A stretch of DNA of 63,512 bases, counting the filler, from Collodictyon triciliatum (taxonomy: Eukaryota): NCBI GenBank assembly GCA_043381765.1. It is 10 parts of 10 records of this genome, joined end to end, with 100 filler letters (N's around TTAATTAATTAA, not from the genome) between each part and the next. Parts side by side here need not be neighbours in the genome. Positions count along the whole stretch, not along the records: positions 1 to 6,792 come from JBHJMP010004233.1; positions 6,893 to 13,683 come from JBHJMP010004234.1; positions 13,784 to 20,575 come from JBHJMP010004235.1; 7 more parts are not named here. The stretch is one strand, 5' to 3'. The translations under genes and the position numbers were made by a program. Within the stretch, counting starts at the first letter, position 1. Each line of letters begins with the position of its first letter. This document shows, one piece after another, positions 1 through 13,938 of this stretch. The notes under the pieces are model-generated. The model did no database searches. It was not told the DNA's origin and saw only the letters and a program-made list of their open reading frames with translations.

Positions 1-24
1 ACTTGAAATGGTATATACCAATAG

Positions 25-131
<107 letters not shown>

Positions 132-177
132 CTAGGGTTTATTTTAGAGAATTTCTTCAGAATTTGAATCAGCTTAC

Positions 178-3100
178 ATGAGCTCTATTAGTGTTTGAAA
201 ATTCTTGGATAATTGTCAAAGATTCTTGAAGTTCAATCATTTGCTGAAAAACTTGGAGTAGATTGCTGTGCGCATGACATGGAGTAAATGGAAGATTTTG
301 CCATTGAATCAATAGGATATTAAAGCATTTGGACAGCATTCCTTTAAAGTCAGGTATTTTTCTATCTTGTAACATAGTATATAGCTGATAAATGATATTT
401 TGATGAGTTTGTATGGCTTCTGAGCTTATCAATGGAATGTTTTCCTTCATAGTACTCCATTCTCCTTGCTTCCATGATGACTCGAGCAACAGCTCAGGTA
501 TATTGGTTGATTTTGAAAAGTCCAACAAAGTATCCCATTGATTGAGGTGACGGCAACATGCCAACCACCTGTCTTGCCATAAATATATCTCATGATTTCG
601 GTTTTCTGCAGTTGCAGACGGAGAATTTTTTATCATTACATTCAAGAGAAGTTCTTGAGATTTTTGCCAGTATCCATATTGTTGCAGCGATAATGCCACA
701 CGTGTCTCTTCTCCGAACGACCTCCTCTGCAAAACACTGTAAGTAAAGTCGTCTTCTCCAAGCTCAGAGTATAAGTTGGAGAGCAAATCGTGAGGCACTG
801 GGTCTCTATCATCAGCGCAGGACAATACTAATTTCTCCAGAAACAAAGTGGATTGATACCAGCAATTGATAGATTTTGTCAAGTTTTTTACTGTTCCTGG
901 AGCAAGCTTAATCCCATTGGGCACCCTCATGAAGGAATCCAGCAGTACTTGTGGGACTTCAGTTCTTCGGTGATAGTTGGGGTTAGGTGGTTTAGATAGC
1001 AAATTATTGATTCCAGCTGTTATTTCGTCTTGTTGCTCTTTCGTCAACACTTGCCATGCGAGTGGGAAAATGGATACCCAAGTTTGTTTCACCAGGTCAG
1101 GACTCACATGCATAAGATTCCGAAGTGAGTCAATCATTTCATTTTTTCGAATACAACACATTCTTCGCATGAAGATGGCGTGATTTTGGAGCAACTGACT
1201 GGCTCGTTCGTTAAAAGTTGTGTTGGTAATAGATGTAGCTATGGGTGCTATTTGGTATGTGTTTGTTGGAACTGATAGTATGGAATCCTTTTCAAATGCC
1301 GCGAGAAGTAAGTCGTTAGCATGCTCAACCCAGAGTCGATTTTGAGCCGAATCCCAGTCCTTTTCAATAAAGATATATCTCATTTTTTCGTAGACGCTCT
1401 GCTCATGTAAAAGAAGAAAAATAAAAAAATATTAGCCCTGATTCGAATGCGCAAGAATTAGAAGAAAATGGGAACATAAGAATCACCTGCCTGAGTATCA
1501 CTATATGTTAATATGTACCTTTCCTGCTGAATTATGAAACAGGGTAGAGAATTTGTGACGAATTTCTGAAGAGGAAGACTTTAAAGCAAGCATGAATCCA
1601 AAGTCGAGCTTTTGAATCGTTTCTGTGACCACAATCGTAGGATTTGGACGGTATATTTCGTAGAGAATGTCGAACAGAGTTTGTTGCAATTCACCACCTA
1701 GGGACTAAATAAAATAAAATAAAATATCATTCATCAAAATGCCCAATAGTTCCTCATCATTTTATCTATCCTCACACGATAAACATATAGCGATTCAGAG
1801 AAATATTTAAGAAAAGGATCTGGGTAAAAATTGTAATCTATATCTCAAAAACAGTTTCCATATTGTAGGAATACAAAGGAAGAATAGCAAAAACAAACTA
1901 AGTAAAAACATACCTCAAATGCGAGCATGCGGTGTATAAACCCGATCTTTTCACGAGGATGCAGTCCTCCAGATGCCGGAGGAAGACTGGAAACAATCCA
2001 AGACTTCAAAATTCGCACAACAGTAAGTAGTAACTCGGGCTGCAATATCCAAGTTTGAAGTTAGTAAATCAATATTTCCTTCATTTCATCTCCAAAATAT
2101 TTTTCTATTTCCTGCTAGATATGTGAAATAGTAGTGAATACGATTTTAAAGCCAGCGTGATATATAAAAATATACTTGCGTTACAATGCCCGATTTTTCA
2201 ATAATTTGTAAGAGCAATTGGAAGAACGGCTTCTTTGCATCTGTGACGTACAAAACCCTTTGGCTTGTAATATTTATCGCCTCAATAAAGTAACGGAAGA
2301 GAGCCTCTTGATTTTGAATGTCTGGACTTTGATTTGCAGGTACATTAGAATGTCCACCTATTCCTTGGTATATCCCAGGCTGTCCAGATGCTTGGTTTGG
2401 ATTATTTGCATCTGATAGCCAATACGCCGAGCTATCTTTTGTCAATTTCTTTAATTTTTTTGGATGAGAAGAGAACGTTAGTTATGGAGTAACACAGTTC
2501 AAAACTACTAATTTTACATTTTTTTCATTTTGTAGATATGAATAGTTCAATGACTCCCCAATAGTCAGTTCATATCGACTGTAATTTGATATATTACCTG
2601 TGTGACCGCAATTAGTAAGTTCATATACGAATCCAGAACATCAGGTTTGTATATCTGAATGACTTTCAGAAGAGAAATGCAAGGTATTCCTTTCTCTAAA
2701 GAAGATTTCAGTGTTTCTAACGATTCCAATGCTTTGATAGCTAGACCGAATGCCGGGTTGGATATGTTGAACTGGGGATGCTGGACGACTTTCCGATGGA
2801 AGTCTGTGGTCAGAGAAGCAATCTATGATAGTAGATGTAACCCTTATATTATATCAAACGATAATAAGCACCAATGAATGCAAACGATTATTCCCAAAAA
2901 CTTAAAGATGTGACGAATTCAACCTTTTTATTCTCAGATAGAAATAGTGGTGCGAAAAGGACAGCCAATTGAGGACCATTAAATTGCAAAAATCGTAAGA
3001 GCTGGTGGTCTGCAATGACGTTAAGAACTTCCAAAGCTGTGATGGTGACGATGATATGTTCTGGGTTCGGCGGGATAACGAGCATCCTCTAAATCATAAT

Positions 3101-5969
3101 GACAGTTTTTGACACCATAGACTTCATTTGAAATAAAAGAACTAAAATTATGATATGAGGACTACTAAGAAAATATAATCTTGAAATAAACCTCCAATAG
3201 ATTCATCTTAATAGTGATGTCGGGATATGTAAGAAGAGCAAGTTTCAGCAGTTCGATACAACGAGGGATGAGTTTCTATATCGAGATAGGTGTTAATTTA
3301 AGTAGGATGCTATCTGGTGGTACTTGAATCATTGCTGAAATTGACTCCAATTTATACATAGTGATATGTAACCTGGGCACTTGGGTCACGAGTTTCTGAT
3401 GCAGAAGCAGCAGCCCGAATCAAAAAGCGAACAATAGAATCGATGGTTTGAATGTCAACACGGTATCCGTCATCGCTGCTGAAGTTAATGTTTTTTTAAA
3501 GGTTTGTTTGTTTGTTTGTTTGTTTGTTTGTTTGTTTGTTTGTTTGTTTGTTTGTTTGTTTGTTTGTTTGTTTGTTTGTTTGTTTGTTTGTTTGTTTGTT
3601 TGTGTGAAAAATGAAAGCAAAAGATAGACGAAGTGGCATACCGCCAGAAAATTACAAACATAAAAATAAAATGAAGGACATGGAATTGAGCAGGATATTA
3701 AAACCTCCGCACAACTGATTCCATGCGAATACTTGGGTTCTCTCTCGGTTCCATGTCAATGTCCAATTCCATGCCATTATCTGTGGGGTCTGTCACTATG
3801 TTGCAGATTACATGTGTGCTAAATTAAGCTATTATTTACGAGTTCCTGTGAAAAATGTATGCTCTAAATGAAATAATTACCCATCATGTCTCCTCGTCTC
3901 GAGGTCTGATTAGGGAGATCGTAAAGTTTCTTTTTGTTTATAGTTTGTTGGTCCCAATTCAATATAACACTAACTAAATCGACAGCCAGTTTGCGCTGTT
4001 CTATAGGGCCTGATGGGTTCAACCCAAACTTGGACTATATATCCATATTGTCTTCGCATTAGTAAATAGTATGATAGCTCAGCAAAAAATAAATAAAATA
4101 AAAATATCTCGGGTTACTATATTTTAAATCCTCACCAATGAAGATACAATCTGCAAGACGAACTGGCTTCGGCATGGATAGAATAGGTTAGGGAACGTTA
4201 CAAGTAGATGCCAAACGTGAATTAACTGGAACAAGCTGTGTCCGTCATCAACAACGATTCTTGATGTCCATTTCATCCAATCAGGGTAAGTGTCTTGACT
4301 TTGCATCTAGTAATAAATGCAATAGCAAAAATATAATTTGACATCTAAATATCTTGCGGGAATTATGAAAATAACAATAATGATAACAATAATGATGACA
4401 ATAATGATGACAATAATGATGACAATAATGATGACAATAATGATGACAATAATGATGACAATAATGATGACAATAATGATGACAATAATGATAATGATTA
4501 CTAATAATATGTAATATGAGAATCATAAAATCATACCCTCAAAGGAAGGATAGGTGTAAGAATTTCCAATGCATGTTTTACGAGAGATTTGGTTTCAGAC
4601 TGATATGCCCTCAAAAGTCCAATATAGACCTATTGTGGTAGCACAAAAATGCGAATAAAATAGTATTCAATATTTTAGGCCTTTATATAGTAATTTATTA
4701 AATTTCATTAAAAGGATTATATATGGGTATACTTGGAGAATTATCTTGGGCGGTGTCTCATAAGCCTCTATAAATCGACACACGAGAATGTAAGCGCAAT
4801 TCTTAGAGACCAAATCATCATTTTTGAAGTGACTCCATGCAAACCGGATGAGGTCCTGAAATAACGAAAAGCAAAAAGAATATCAAAAGAAAACTGGCAG
4901 AGTATATACATTTTGTTATATGAAATCAAAGATATAGTTGATTTGTCAGTATAACCATAAGATACCCTGCGATGAGTCATTAATTCAACGGGGTGATATC
5001 GGACTAGAAGAGTTGCAAGTCTGAGCAGTTCAATTTTGAGGAGTTCGTTTTTTAAAGCTTCTCCGTTGGAAACAGAACTTTCAGTTGATTTTGCATCGAT
5101 AATGTCATTGATAATTTGTTCAATCAGCTATATTGTTGAAGATTTTACTATAGTCAATACGGCTGTATTTGTGATTTTAGTGTTTGAAGCATAGGATTAT
5201 GATGGGTTTTTAATATATATTAGTAATTGTACTAACGGCAGCAGAGAGGATTTCTTTTCCTTCATTCTTTGTTACAGCGGAAGTCAGCATCGGTATGATA
5301 ATTAATTGAAGAGAAAGAACTTTGACGTCTTGGCTAGGGGTTGACTTGTAGAAATTCACGAAGAAGGACAGTATTTCTCGTTTTTGTGTGTTTGGATATA
5401 TCTACAAAATTATTATTTATCAGCACATGTCAGATAAAATATTTCCTAACTCAATACTCACCTGTGGTACGTCTTGCATGAAGAAAGACTTCAAGAATCC
5501 CAAATCGATAATTGAGCGAATCGTGAAAACAGAGACCATATCAAAAAGAATGCGTATGTCATCCACCTTGCAGCGGCAATATGCAATCAATATTTTCAAC
5601 ATGTACTTGGTCTCTCGTAATTGCTCCAAAGTAAGCGAGTCTTCGCTGATATACCAAGCATCATATCATTTAAGTATATCACTTTTCACAGGTCGTTATT
5701 CGAAATTAAATCATAATGGGACGGAATTTCAAGAAAGGAAAGGAATTAAGTAAACCTGGAATATCTCATCTTTCTCTGAGATATAGAGAAAATATAAAAT
5801 TCGAATATTAATATCATTAAAAAAACATCAAGGTTAATTTACCAAGTTGTAATTATCTCTAAAGTATTCAACCCCCTCGTCCTGGAAAAGAGAGAAAGAA
5901 GAGAAAGAAGAGAAAGAAGAGAAAGAAGAGAAAGAAGAGAAAGAAGAGAAAGAAGATAGATAGATAGAT

Positions 5970-6009
<40 letters not shown>

Positions 6010-6611
6010 GTGCATGAAAACAACAAGATTTACCTCCGGAGAGTTAAAAAGAGTTATAATCGATTTCATCAGCTCGGGACTTTCACCAAGCCATGAAGAA
6101 TCATCTTTTATGAGACTCCGAATGATGAAGATTCCTTGAAGTTGCATTTCATACTTTTTTGATAGTTGAAATTAAAGACATAAGAATTGTATAAAAGTAT
6201 ATTTTCATTGGAAAAGAAGCACATGCAATTAAATGTTAAAAAAAATTGAAATTAAGAAATGAAAACATACAGAACTAGTTGATAAAGCATGAGTGAATAT
6301 GCGTCCATTCATTTCGATGAATTTGGCTCTTAGCAAAGAACACAGAGGCGATTTCAAGGCCGAAATCAATATCCTGAATTTACTCTGGTCATTGAGATTT
6401 GACATGAAGAAATCCAGCGATTCAGCAGCGTAGCGGTTCAAAAATTTATAGAGTGGTATACGATATCTAATTTTTACAAATTTAATTTTTTTAAAATTTA
6501 CTAGAATTTAATTCTTTTTCAAGATTCTCATTTAAGTAGTCAAAATTTACGGATTGGGTGTGGTTTGGGGGATGCTTTGCTCTAGTTGACCAGTAAGGGT
6601 GACGAGTGGAT
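178..6611 (-). CDS. TRRAP: TRRAP/Tra1 PIKK-family HAT-complex scaffold, internal multi-exon fragment (HEAT region into FAT domain)
   Basis: GT-AG exons splice in frame: YRIPLYKFLNRYA, DLIRFAWSHFK...YETPPKIILQ|VYIGLLRAYQSE, HVWHLLVTFPNLFYP, and FAT-like EIYLWQDRWLACCRHLNQWDTLLDF. Both ends are cut by the contig limits. Confidence 0.9.
3503..3602. repeat. (TTTG)n intronic microsatellite
   Basis: Perfect tandem run. Confidence 0.95.
4375..4497. repeat. 12-bp tandem repeat (CAATAATGATGA)n in a TRRAP intron
   Basis: About 10 copies are visible; they produce the spurious HHYC ORF. Confidence 0.9.
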
Positions 6612-6696
6612 CTAAATTTTTGTTCAGATAAGTTAAGATTGTGATGTAAACTTTGAATCGAATAAAGGGAAAAAAAAATTGTGATGTAAAAGAGCG

Positions 6697-7135
6697 AAAG
6701 AGAAAGAGAAAGAGAAAGAGAAAGAGAAAGAGAAAGAGAAAGAGAAAGAGAAAGAGAAAGAGAAAGAGAAAGAGAAAGAGAAAGAGAAAGAGNNNNNNNN
6801 NNNNNNNNNNNNNNNNNNNNNNNNNNNNNNNNNNNNTTAATTAATTAANNNNNNNNNNNNNNNNNNNNNNNNNNNNNNNNNNNNNNNNNNNNAAAGAGAA
6901 AGAGAAAGAGAAAGAGAAAGAGAAAGAGAAAGAGAAAGAGAAAGAGAAAAAGAGAAAAAGAATAAGAAAGAGAAAAAAGAGAAAAAAGAGAAAAAAGAGA
7001 AAAAAGAGAAAAAAGAGAAAAAAGAGAAAAAAGAGAAAAAAAGAGAAAAAAAGAGAAAAAAAGAGAAAAAGAGAAAAAAAGAGAAAAAAAGAGAAAATAG
7101 AGAAAAAAAGAGAAAAAAAGAAAAAGAAAGAGAAA
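6697..7135. repeat. (AAAGAG)n / A-rich repeats at two contig ends flanking an assembly linker
   Basis: Tandem runs on both sides of N-TTAATTAATTAA-N. Confidence 0.9.
6793..6892. other. Artificial contig linker (N-run + TTAATTAATTAA + N-run); also at ~13728, 20620, 27512, 34403, 41291, 48171, 55049 and 61933
   Basis: An identical 12-mer with stops in all six frames recurs every ~6.88-6.89 kb, consistent with size-sorted contig concatenation. Confidence 0.97.
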
Positions 7136-7144
7136 AGCATATAC

Positions 7145-8376
7145 CTGTAGAATACCGCTGATAGGCTCAATCAGAGAGTTTGCTGGGATGGGTGTGTGAT
7201 ACTGAGTAACAAAAAGAATTAATTACATTTTAAATTTCTTCATACTGATTTCTTATAAAATATCTATAGCAACTATCATATTATATTATCTTCAGTAACT
7301 CTAACAAGCTTACATGAGCGTCAAAAGTCCGCTGCCACCACAGAATAGACTCTGACAAGGGCTTGTTGAATGGTGCCTTTTTTTCCAAAACATTTATAAT
7401 TTATTGTAACATATAACTTGATGTTATAAATTATTTTTTTTATTCTTCCTTTCAATTTTGTGCAGAACTTGATGTTATAAAATAAAATATAGGGAGAATG
7501 TGGTACATAAGTAATCGTTTTGAAAAAAAGAAAGAACAGAAACATACACTTTCGGAAAAGAATGGCGCAGCACAATCCATGAAGACATTTAAATCATTCA
7601 GCTTCACAAGCTAAGATTCATAATTTACAAAATTAGGCTTTTATTTATACTTGCTTTACACCCATAATTGATAAAACTTGGACAAATTCATCGAATTCTA
7701 ACTTCACCTAGCGCATTAAATCAATAAATTCTTGCCTTGTGGATGATGCCGGCCGATTCTTTGATGAATGCAGGTCTCCAGTCACCGTCTGTTGATTGAG
7801 CCGATATACTTTTGATGGATAATCCTACCGCTGTTCTTTCCTATCCATATTTAAACATCAAATTGATTTCCTTATTACAAAGATATCATGATAAGATACT
7901 AAGAAGGATTATATGTCAAGTAGCTATGTATTTGCACCCAAGATAAACGAAATCAATCGGAATTTCGGAGATTAAACCAATATACCTTTTCATTAGAGTC
8001 ATCTTCAAAGCGAACATATACTCTTTCGATGTTTACTTGCAGATTGTCTGCTATTTTCTCGCCAAGCCTAGCGGCAAACGAATCCTGCTGATCACTGGAA
8101 GATTTCACTAGAAATAAAGAAGACGATAGAAATATGGCGATTATATCAGACTTTGGCATTCATATTACCCATAGAAATAAAATACGTGTTTATGATGTAT
8201 ATATGAGCGTCTAAACCAAGCAAATAGAAATTCAATAAATTACCAGCGATATCCTCATAAGGTTTGAATTGCTCGTGATCATTTTCAAGGTATTTTCGTT
8301 TGTTTGATAGAGCCATCTCTCGTTCTTCCATGCGGTTACCCTGGAAAATGTAGTGAAAGCGATAGATAAGATTGTA

Positions 8377-8471
<95 letters not shown>

Positions 8472-9166
8472 CAATAAAAATCAAATCAATCAGAATAGTA
8501 ATAAAAAACAAAAGAATAAAAGTGACACCATTTTCCTAAATAAACACATTCAGGTTGCTAGTTTTGGATGCATGGTCGACAATTAATAATAAGCCTAACC
8601 TTCATTTTCAGTGGCCCTACAATCAAATACACTCTGTCGATATTGATAATAACAGGCTCACTCTTTAGTTTCGTCCATGAGATTCTTACATTAAATTGCC
8701 CGAAATAGCCTGTTACAAGATGTGAATACAATCATATTAGTAGTGCCGAGAAAAAAAAAAGAAGTCGCTTTACCGGTGATAAAAAAAAAAACCTGCGACA
8801 ATGCGAAAGGGGAGTTTTAGGTCGGTAAATGCTTCTGGTCTCAACTCAAGGTCAGCGAGCTGCAGTTCCCCTATATAATGTTACACACATCAAAAAAGAC
8901 CTGGGGTTTAGCAAAGAAGTATTTCAAGCGAGATAGTCTTAAGCAATTCTACAACTTTTTGGGAACATATATGCTGGGCTGAAGCAGTTGGGCATACACA
9001 TAATATTGAAAGTAGATCTGGTTTCCACGTCGGCAAAAGGGAGGTATGGAATAAAAGGAAAAAGACAACCTTTCAAAACAGAAGCGCTTAGATTCTCCCG
9101 GTTGATGTTCCGAAAGTAACCTCCGACGAAGTAGTCCAGGAGCAGTGCAGCACGCTTTTCGAACAT
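7145..9166 (-). CDS. VPS13: VPS13-family lipid-transfer protein, N-terminal chorein domain; 3' truncated
   Basis: MFEKRAALLLDYFVGGYFRNINRENLSASVLKG, SWTKLKSEPVIINIDRVYLIVGP, KIADNLQVNIERVYVRFED and LIEPISG match the Chorein_N/VPS13 pattern. Confidence 0.88.
8378..8470. repeat. (AAT)n intronic microsatellite
   Basis: Perfect run. Confidence 0.95.
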
Positions 9167-10193
9167 TCTGCTATTGACTAAAAAACTAAGCCACTATTCG
9201 TTTTGTAATAAAGGGCATAATGATTGATGAAAAGAAAAAAAAAAGCTAGCACGAGAGGGAGTAAAGTTGTGCGGCTAGTTAGTGTCCGTGGCCAAACGGG
9301 GAGGAAGAGAGGAGCAAAGAAGAGTGAAAAGAGAAAAAAAATAAGTATTTTTTTCAAATATTCTCCTTCCTCCTTTTAGTTTGGTGCAGAAAAAAAAGAA
9401 CAACATAAACTAAAAAAAAAAGAAAGAAAGAAAAAGGAAAGGAAAGCAAAAGATAACATGAATGCGAGTGGGTATGCAGGAGCGCGCAAAGATGCAGAAG
9501 CTGAGGCAGTCAAACACGGCCCGCCATGTTGCGATCATTGTTTCTGCGTGCCTTCCGCAGGGAAAAGGGGGCAGCCGTGTTCTTTGATCAAAGTTGAATC
9601 CCTGATTTCACGCCTCGTCACAAATCAGCCCCTCGCGAATCTATGGGGATGCCATTTGCCTGCCTCTGCCGCGACTTTCCACAGTACCTTTTTTCTTTTT
9701 GTGGGTTTGAAGGCTGTGTCGCACCAGACACAAAAATTCCACCAATGGAAGAACATGGAAAGGGAACATGCTCTCCCATACCTACTTTGTATATCATTTC
9801 TGGAAATTATGCCGATTGACATATCTGCGTCGACATGAGCAAAAAAAGAATCGAATAGGGCGGAAGGCTGATGGGTTTTAGGAGCGTATGAAATGAGTCG
9901 AACAATTCCCAACCAAATCACCGAAAGTTCATGTATGATTACGATATTTTGGATGAAAAACGGTGCTCTTTATAATAATTTTTCAAAAATTAAAACAAAG
10001 TTAAGTACAAATCTCGTCTCTAGTGTTGGTTATATTAATGTCGCATTTCTTAATGGTAACCGCAAATGGGATATGAAAGAATGTCCCCCCAAAAAAGGAT
10101 TATGCGATAGTTTGGAACCAGAAAAGGGGAGTCGCGGTTGATTATTACTGTTCATCAGAAAAGCTGTTTGGATTATTTCACACATAATGATTC

Positions 10194-13100
10194 TCATAGG
10201 TATGAATCCGGGAGGAATTGGATACAGTTTCTTGGTAAACGAATACTCGCCAAGTTTGTTATTTTGAATATGTGAAGTGGTGTCCTCTCGAGCTATTACA
10301 AAAGGGAAATATTGTCATTTGAAGGCCATCTTTTCTTAATATACAAAAGAGAGGACAATCAGCTACTTTATCTAATCGAATGATAAGGATGAACTTGTGC
10401 ATAGGCTAATGTAATATCGTTCAGTTTTGTAGTGTATGAAACCTGATTTCCGTATAGATTTAAGAACTCTAAGCTACGTAATGCTGTTATATCTGGGGAG
10501 ATGTACTTTACCTGCATCAAAATTCATTCTGATGAGCTTATAAAATTGGAGTAAGCTGAACGAAAATATACGCATACACGCATTATAATCACGAATAAGA
10601 CATGATTATCAGCCTATTTATTTTTAAATTACCTTATTCAACGACACCAGAAATTTGCTTAGTCTCACTAAACGAGAAATTTCTTGTGGTATCTCTTGAA
10701 CCTTTGGTATTGAAATCATGCAAATTATCAAAATGTAAGGTCGGCTATTAAAGGTAGGAACCATTAACCAAATACATGTATCAACAGAAGCAGGAGCATT
10801 TACTTTGTTGGAGACCAAGTACAGTTTTTGTAAATGCGTCATACCCAACACAACCGTGGGGATATATGTCAACTGTAAAATAACGACTTTTTTTAGTTCT
10901 TTTATAAACATTCTCTTGTTGTGTTTTTCGTCGTTCGGTTGCCTTTGATGAGCATATAACCGTTGAAGAGAATAGCGTAAGATACTAATATTTCTTTAAA
11001 GATAAATTGAGAAGGGTACACTTTATGATTACAAATCAAAAGTGGTGTCAATTACATCATTTGAAGTGAGGTCTATTTTAATCAAATTTGTCAGACTACT
11101 CAGAGTCATTGGGAGGTCAGAGAGCTAAGTTAATCATAATTATTGGAACGAAAAACATTTTCCCATTATTTCTGGCGATTTTTTTTCAAGAAAAATTCAA
11201 ATAGAATTGTAATTTGAAAATACCGAATTGTTTTGAATAACCAGCTCTCTGATTGAGATGAGGGTGCTCAGTTCTTGTGGGATAATTGTGAACTGATATT
11301 TAAAAGTTGAATATTATATTGCTTTCTTTATATGAATTTTTATTGTGAATTATAAGAAGTATATCATATTTACATATATTTTGCTAAATTCCAAGAGTAT
11401 TTACATACGTGGTTATTTGAGAGATTGAGTGTTTTAAATGGAATCAACTCTCGTAGCAAAGGAGATAATGAAGTCAGCTTCTTGCCTCTTAAGTAAACAT
11501 AGCTTCTTTTAAGGATATATGATTTCCAAATGGCCAAAACATCTTTGGGTAAGGGATTGTGTTCCATGGATATCTCGATTAAGCTTGTGAGTTGGCAAAA
11601 CGATGTGGGTAAGCTTGATATCTGTTTTGGAAAATTCACGTCTCGGTTAGCAGATTTGAGAGAAAATTATTTAAACTACTAAGGGTAATTGTTCAAACCC
11701 CCACCTGGTTGTCAGAGAAATAGAGTTCCCTTAAATTCTTCAACTTACTAATATGAGAGGGAAGTCTGTCTATCTATTTTTGTTTGTGTATATAAAAAAG
11801 TAATTACCATGTATTGAAAACGAATCGGAAATTACTTTAAGAAAAATATTCTTTTAGCGAGGAGCATCAGAAGAAATCATTAATATTACTTTGTTTAGCG
11901 ATATGTTTAGGCGCCTTAAAGTTGTCAGCAAAACCACACATTCGGGTAGTTCTGTAAGCTGTTGAAGAAATAACGTGTCAGTATGAGTTTGATATGTAGC
12001 TTTAAAATTTTCATATAATTGAATGTTGAAAAATACAAGAACATCAACCTTACTACGAGAACAAGAACCAAAAAATAATCGATTTTAAATCAAAACTTTA
12101 TTCAATGGATACCGAACCTGATTGCTGGAGACGATTAAATCTGTCAATTTTGTTAACCTGGATATACTATGAGGAACATCTGTAATCTAATAATAGGGAA
12201 GGAAAAATGATCTTATTGTTTTTTCAGATGATATGAAAAAAAGGGGGAATAAGAGTGTAAGCACGTTGCCAATAGGTCTATTTGAAAAAATGTTACCCGA
12301 TTTCCACTTATATTCAGTATTTCTAACTCATAGAGACCAGTGAGGGCTTTTGGGAATGAAGAAAACTTGATATTTTTTTGATTTGTGATGATTGTGTCAG
12401 TGGTCAAATATTTACGAAAAATATTCGTTGATGTCGATATATACTTAGTATTGAAAATATCTCGACATCATTCGTAAATATATTTATATTGTGTATCATA
12501 GAGCTGTGTCGATAAAAAATGGCACCATACGTAATTAATCGACAGATCAATCCTTATCAAGGACTTCATGTGAGTGATGGCATCGGGCAGATCATTCAAC
12601 TACCATAATGAATTTTCAATAATATTAAGACTCAACTAAATCAGAGAAAATAAGATGTGATCTTGAGTATTTCAAAAAAGAGGTTTGGCACTTTATATGA
12701 TTATACGGAGTAAAAATGAAGAGTACAATTGAGAATGTCTTTCATTTTAAAATAAACAATATTGAACTCGATATTGTTGGAAAACTGACGCAATTCTGAA
12801 AGACTGAAAAGTCATGCAGTTCCTTCATATTCCTGATTGAGTAAGGCAGCGATGATATCTAGAGAGATTGCATTTTTATTTGAGTCTATTGAGACGATGT
12901 TTTTTCCCATATTTACCCGAATGTAACTTTTATGTCTCTCAATTTGAAATGAATCATACCAATTCGAATTATGAGACTTCAATGACTTTTTTTAAAAAAA
13001 AAGAAAAAGAAATAATACATCAAAAATCTATGTGAATTATTGTAAGCTCACAGAGTTTCCGTTTACTGCTAGCCTTCGCAGCGAAGATAACTGGCGAAGA

Positions 13101-13291
13101 CCAGAAGGCAGCATCGACAGTTTCTTCCAACTCAAATCCAGATGAGTTCGGGCGCGAAGCTGTGTTTCGTCCATACCTGAGATCCGGCAAAGAGGCGCGA
13201 GATTGTTGCGGGAAACAACATGTCCCATCCAATATAATATGCAGCGTTCTTTCTGAGTTTCCTGCTGGATTTTAGTCTTTATACTAATCAT
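10194..13291 (-). CDS. Leucine-rich repeat protein, multi-exon; most exons encode one 23-aa LRR
   Basis: LDLSWKKLSMLP, ISSLPYSIRNMKELHDFSVFQN, LNDLPDAITHMKSLIRIDLSIN and FSSFPKALTGLYELEILNISGN, in 69-nt phase-0 exons. Start and stop are tentative. Confidence 0.85.
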
Positions 13292-13414
13292 GAGAACATA
13301 AAATGATCATCCCTAAGATTGCGACGAGGTTGGCACGTGACAGAGGAACGAATAACGCGCAGGAAGGTTGATGCAAGCAGGAATGAATATCTCGAGAGAG
13401 TTAAAGTACTACCC

Positions 13415-13684
13415 AAAAACAAGAATAAGAACAAAAACAAGAACAAAAACAAAAACAAAAAAACAAGAACAAAAACAAAAACAAGAACAAAGACAAGAAC
13501 AAGAACAAAAACAAAAACAAGAACAAAAACAAAAACAAGAACAAAAACAAAAACAAAAAACAAGAACAAAAACAAGAACAAAAACAAAAACAAGAACAAA
13601 AACAAGAACAAAAACAAGAACAAAAACAAAAAACAAAAACAAAAACAAAAACAAAAACAAAAACAAAAACAAAAACAAAAACAN
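13415..13684. repeat. (AAAAAC/AAGAAC)n repeat at contig end
   Basis: Hexamer tandem array. Confidence 0.9.
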
Positions 13685-13784
13685 NNNNNNNNNNNNNNNN
13701 NNNNNNNNNNNNNNNNNNNNNNNNNNNTTAATTAATTAANNNNNNNNNNNNNNNNNNNNNNNNNNNNNNNNNNNNNNNNNNNNT

Positions 13785-13938
13785 TGAGCTCCACAGGCAC
13801 ACTTCTGACCCGCACGCTCGGGCGATGAAGAGGATTGCTGTTAAAGGGCAACAAGGATCTAGGCGCAAAGGAGAGGCCCACGAGAAAAACAGAGACAAGG
13901 ATCATGGCGAAGACGGCAGCCTGACGAGGACTCGTCAT
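13785..13938 (-). CDS. 5' end of a probable secreted or type II membrane protein, cut by the contig end
   Basis: MTSPRQAAVFAMILVSVFLVGLSFA hydrophobic N-terminus; the frame is open up to the gap. Confidence 0.4.

Noticed and set aside
178-6611. Alternative genetic code or abundant U12 introns
   Set aside because: The exons I checked translate without internal stops, TAA, TAG and TGA all end genes in the window, and the donors I checked are ordinary GT (rarely GC) without RTATCCTT.
13288-13739. Low-complexity ORFs (KN, FL, RK, HHYC, SRLKTQD etc.) here and elsewhere
   Set aside because: They are translations of intronic or contig-end microsatellites.
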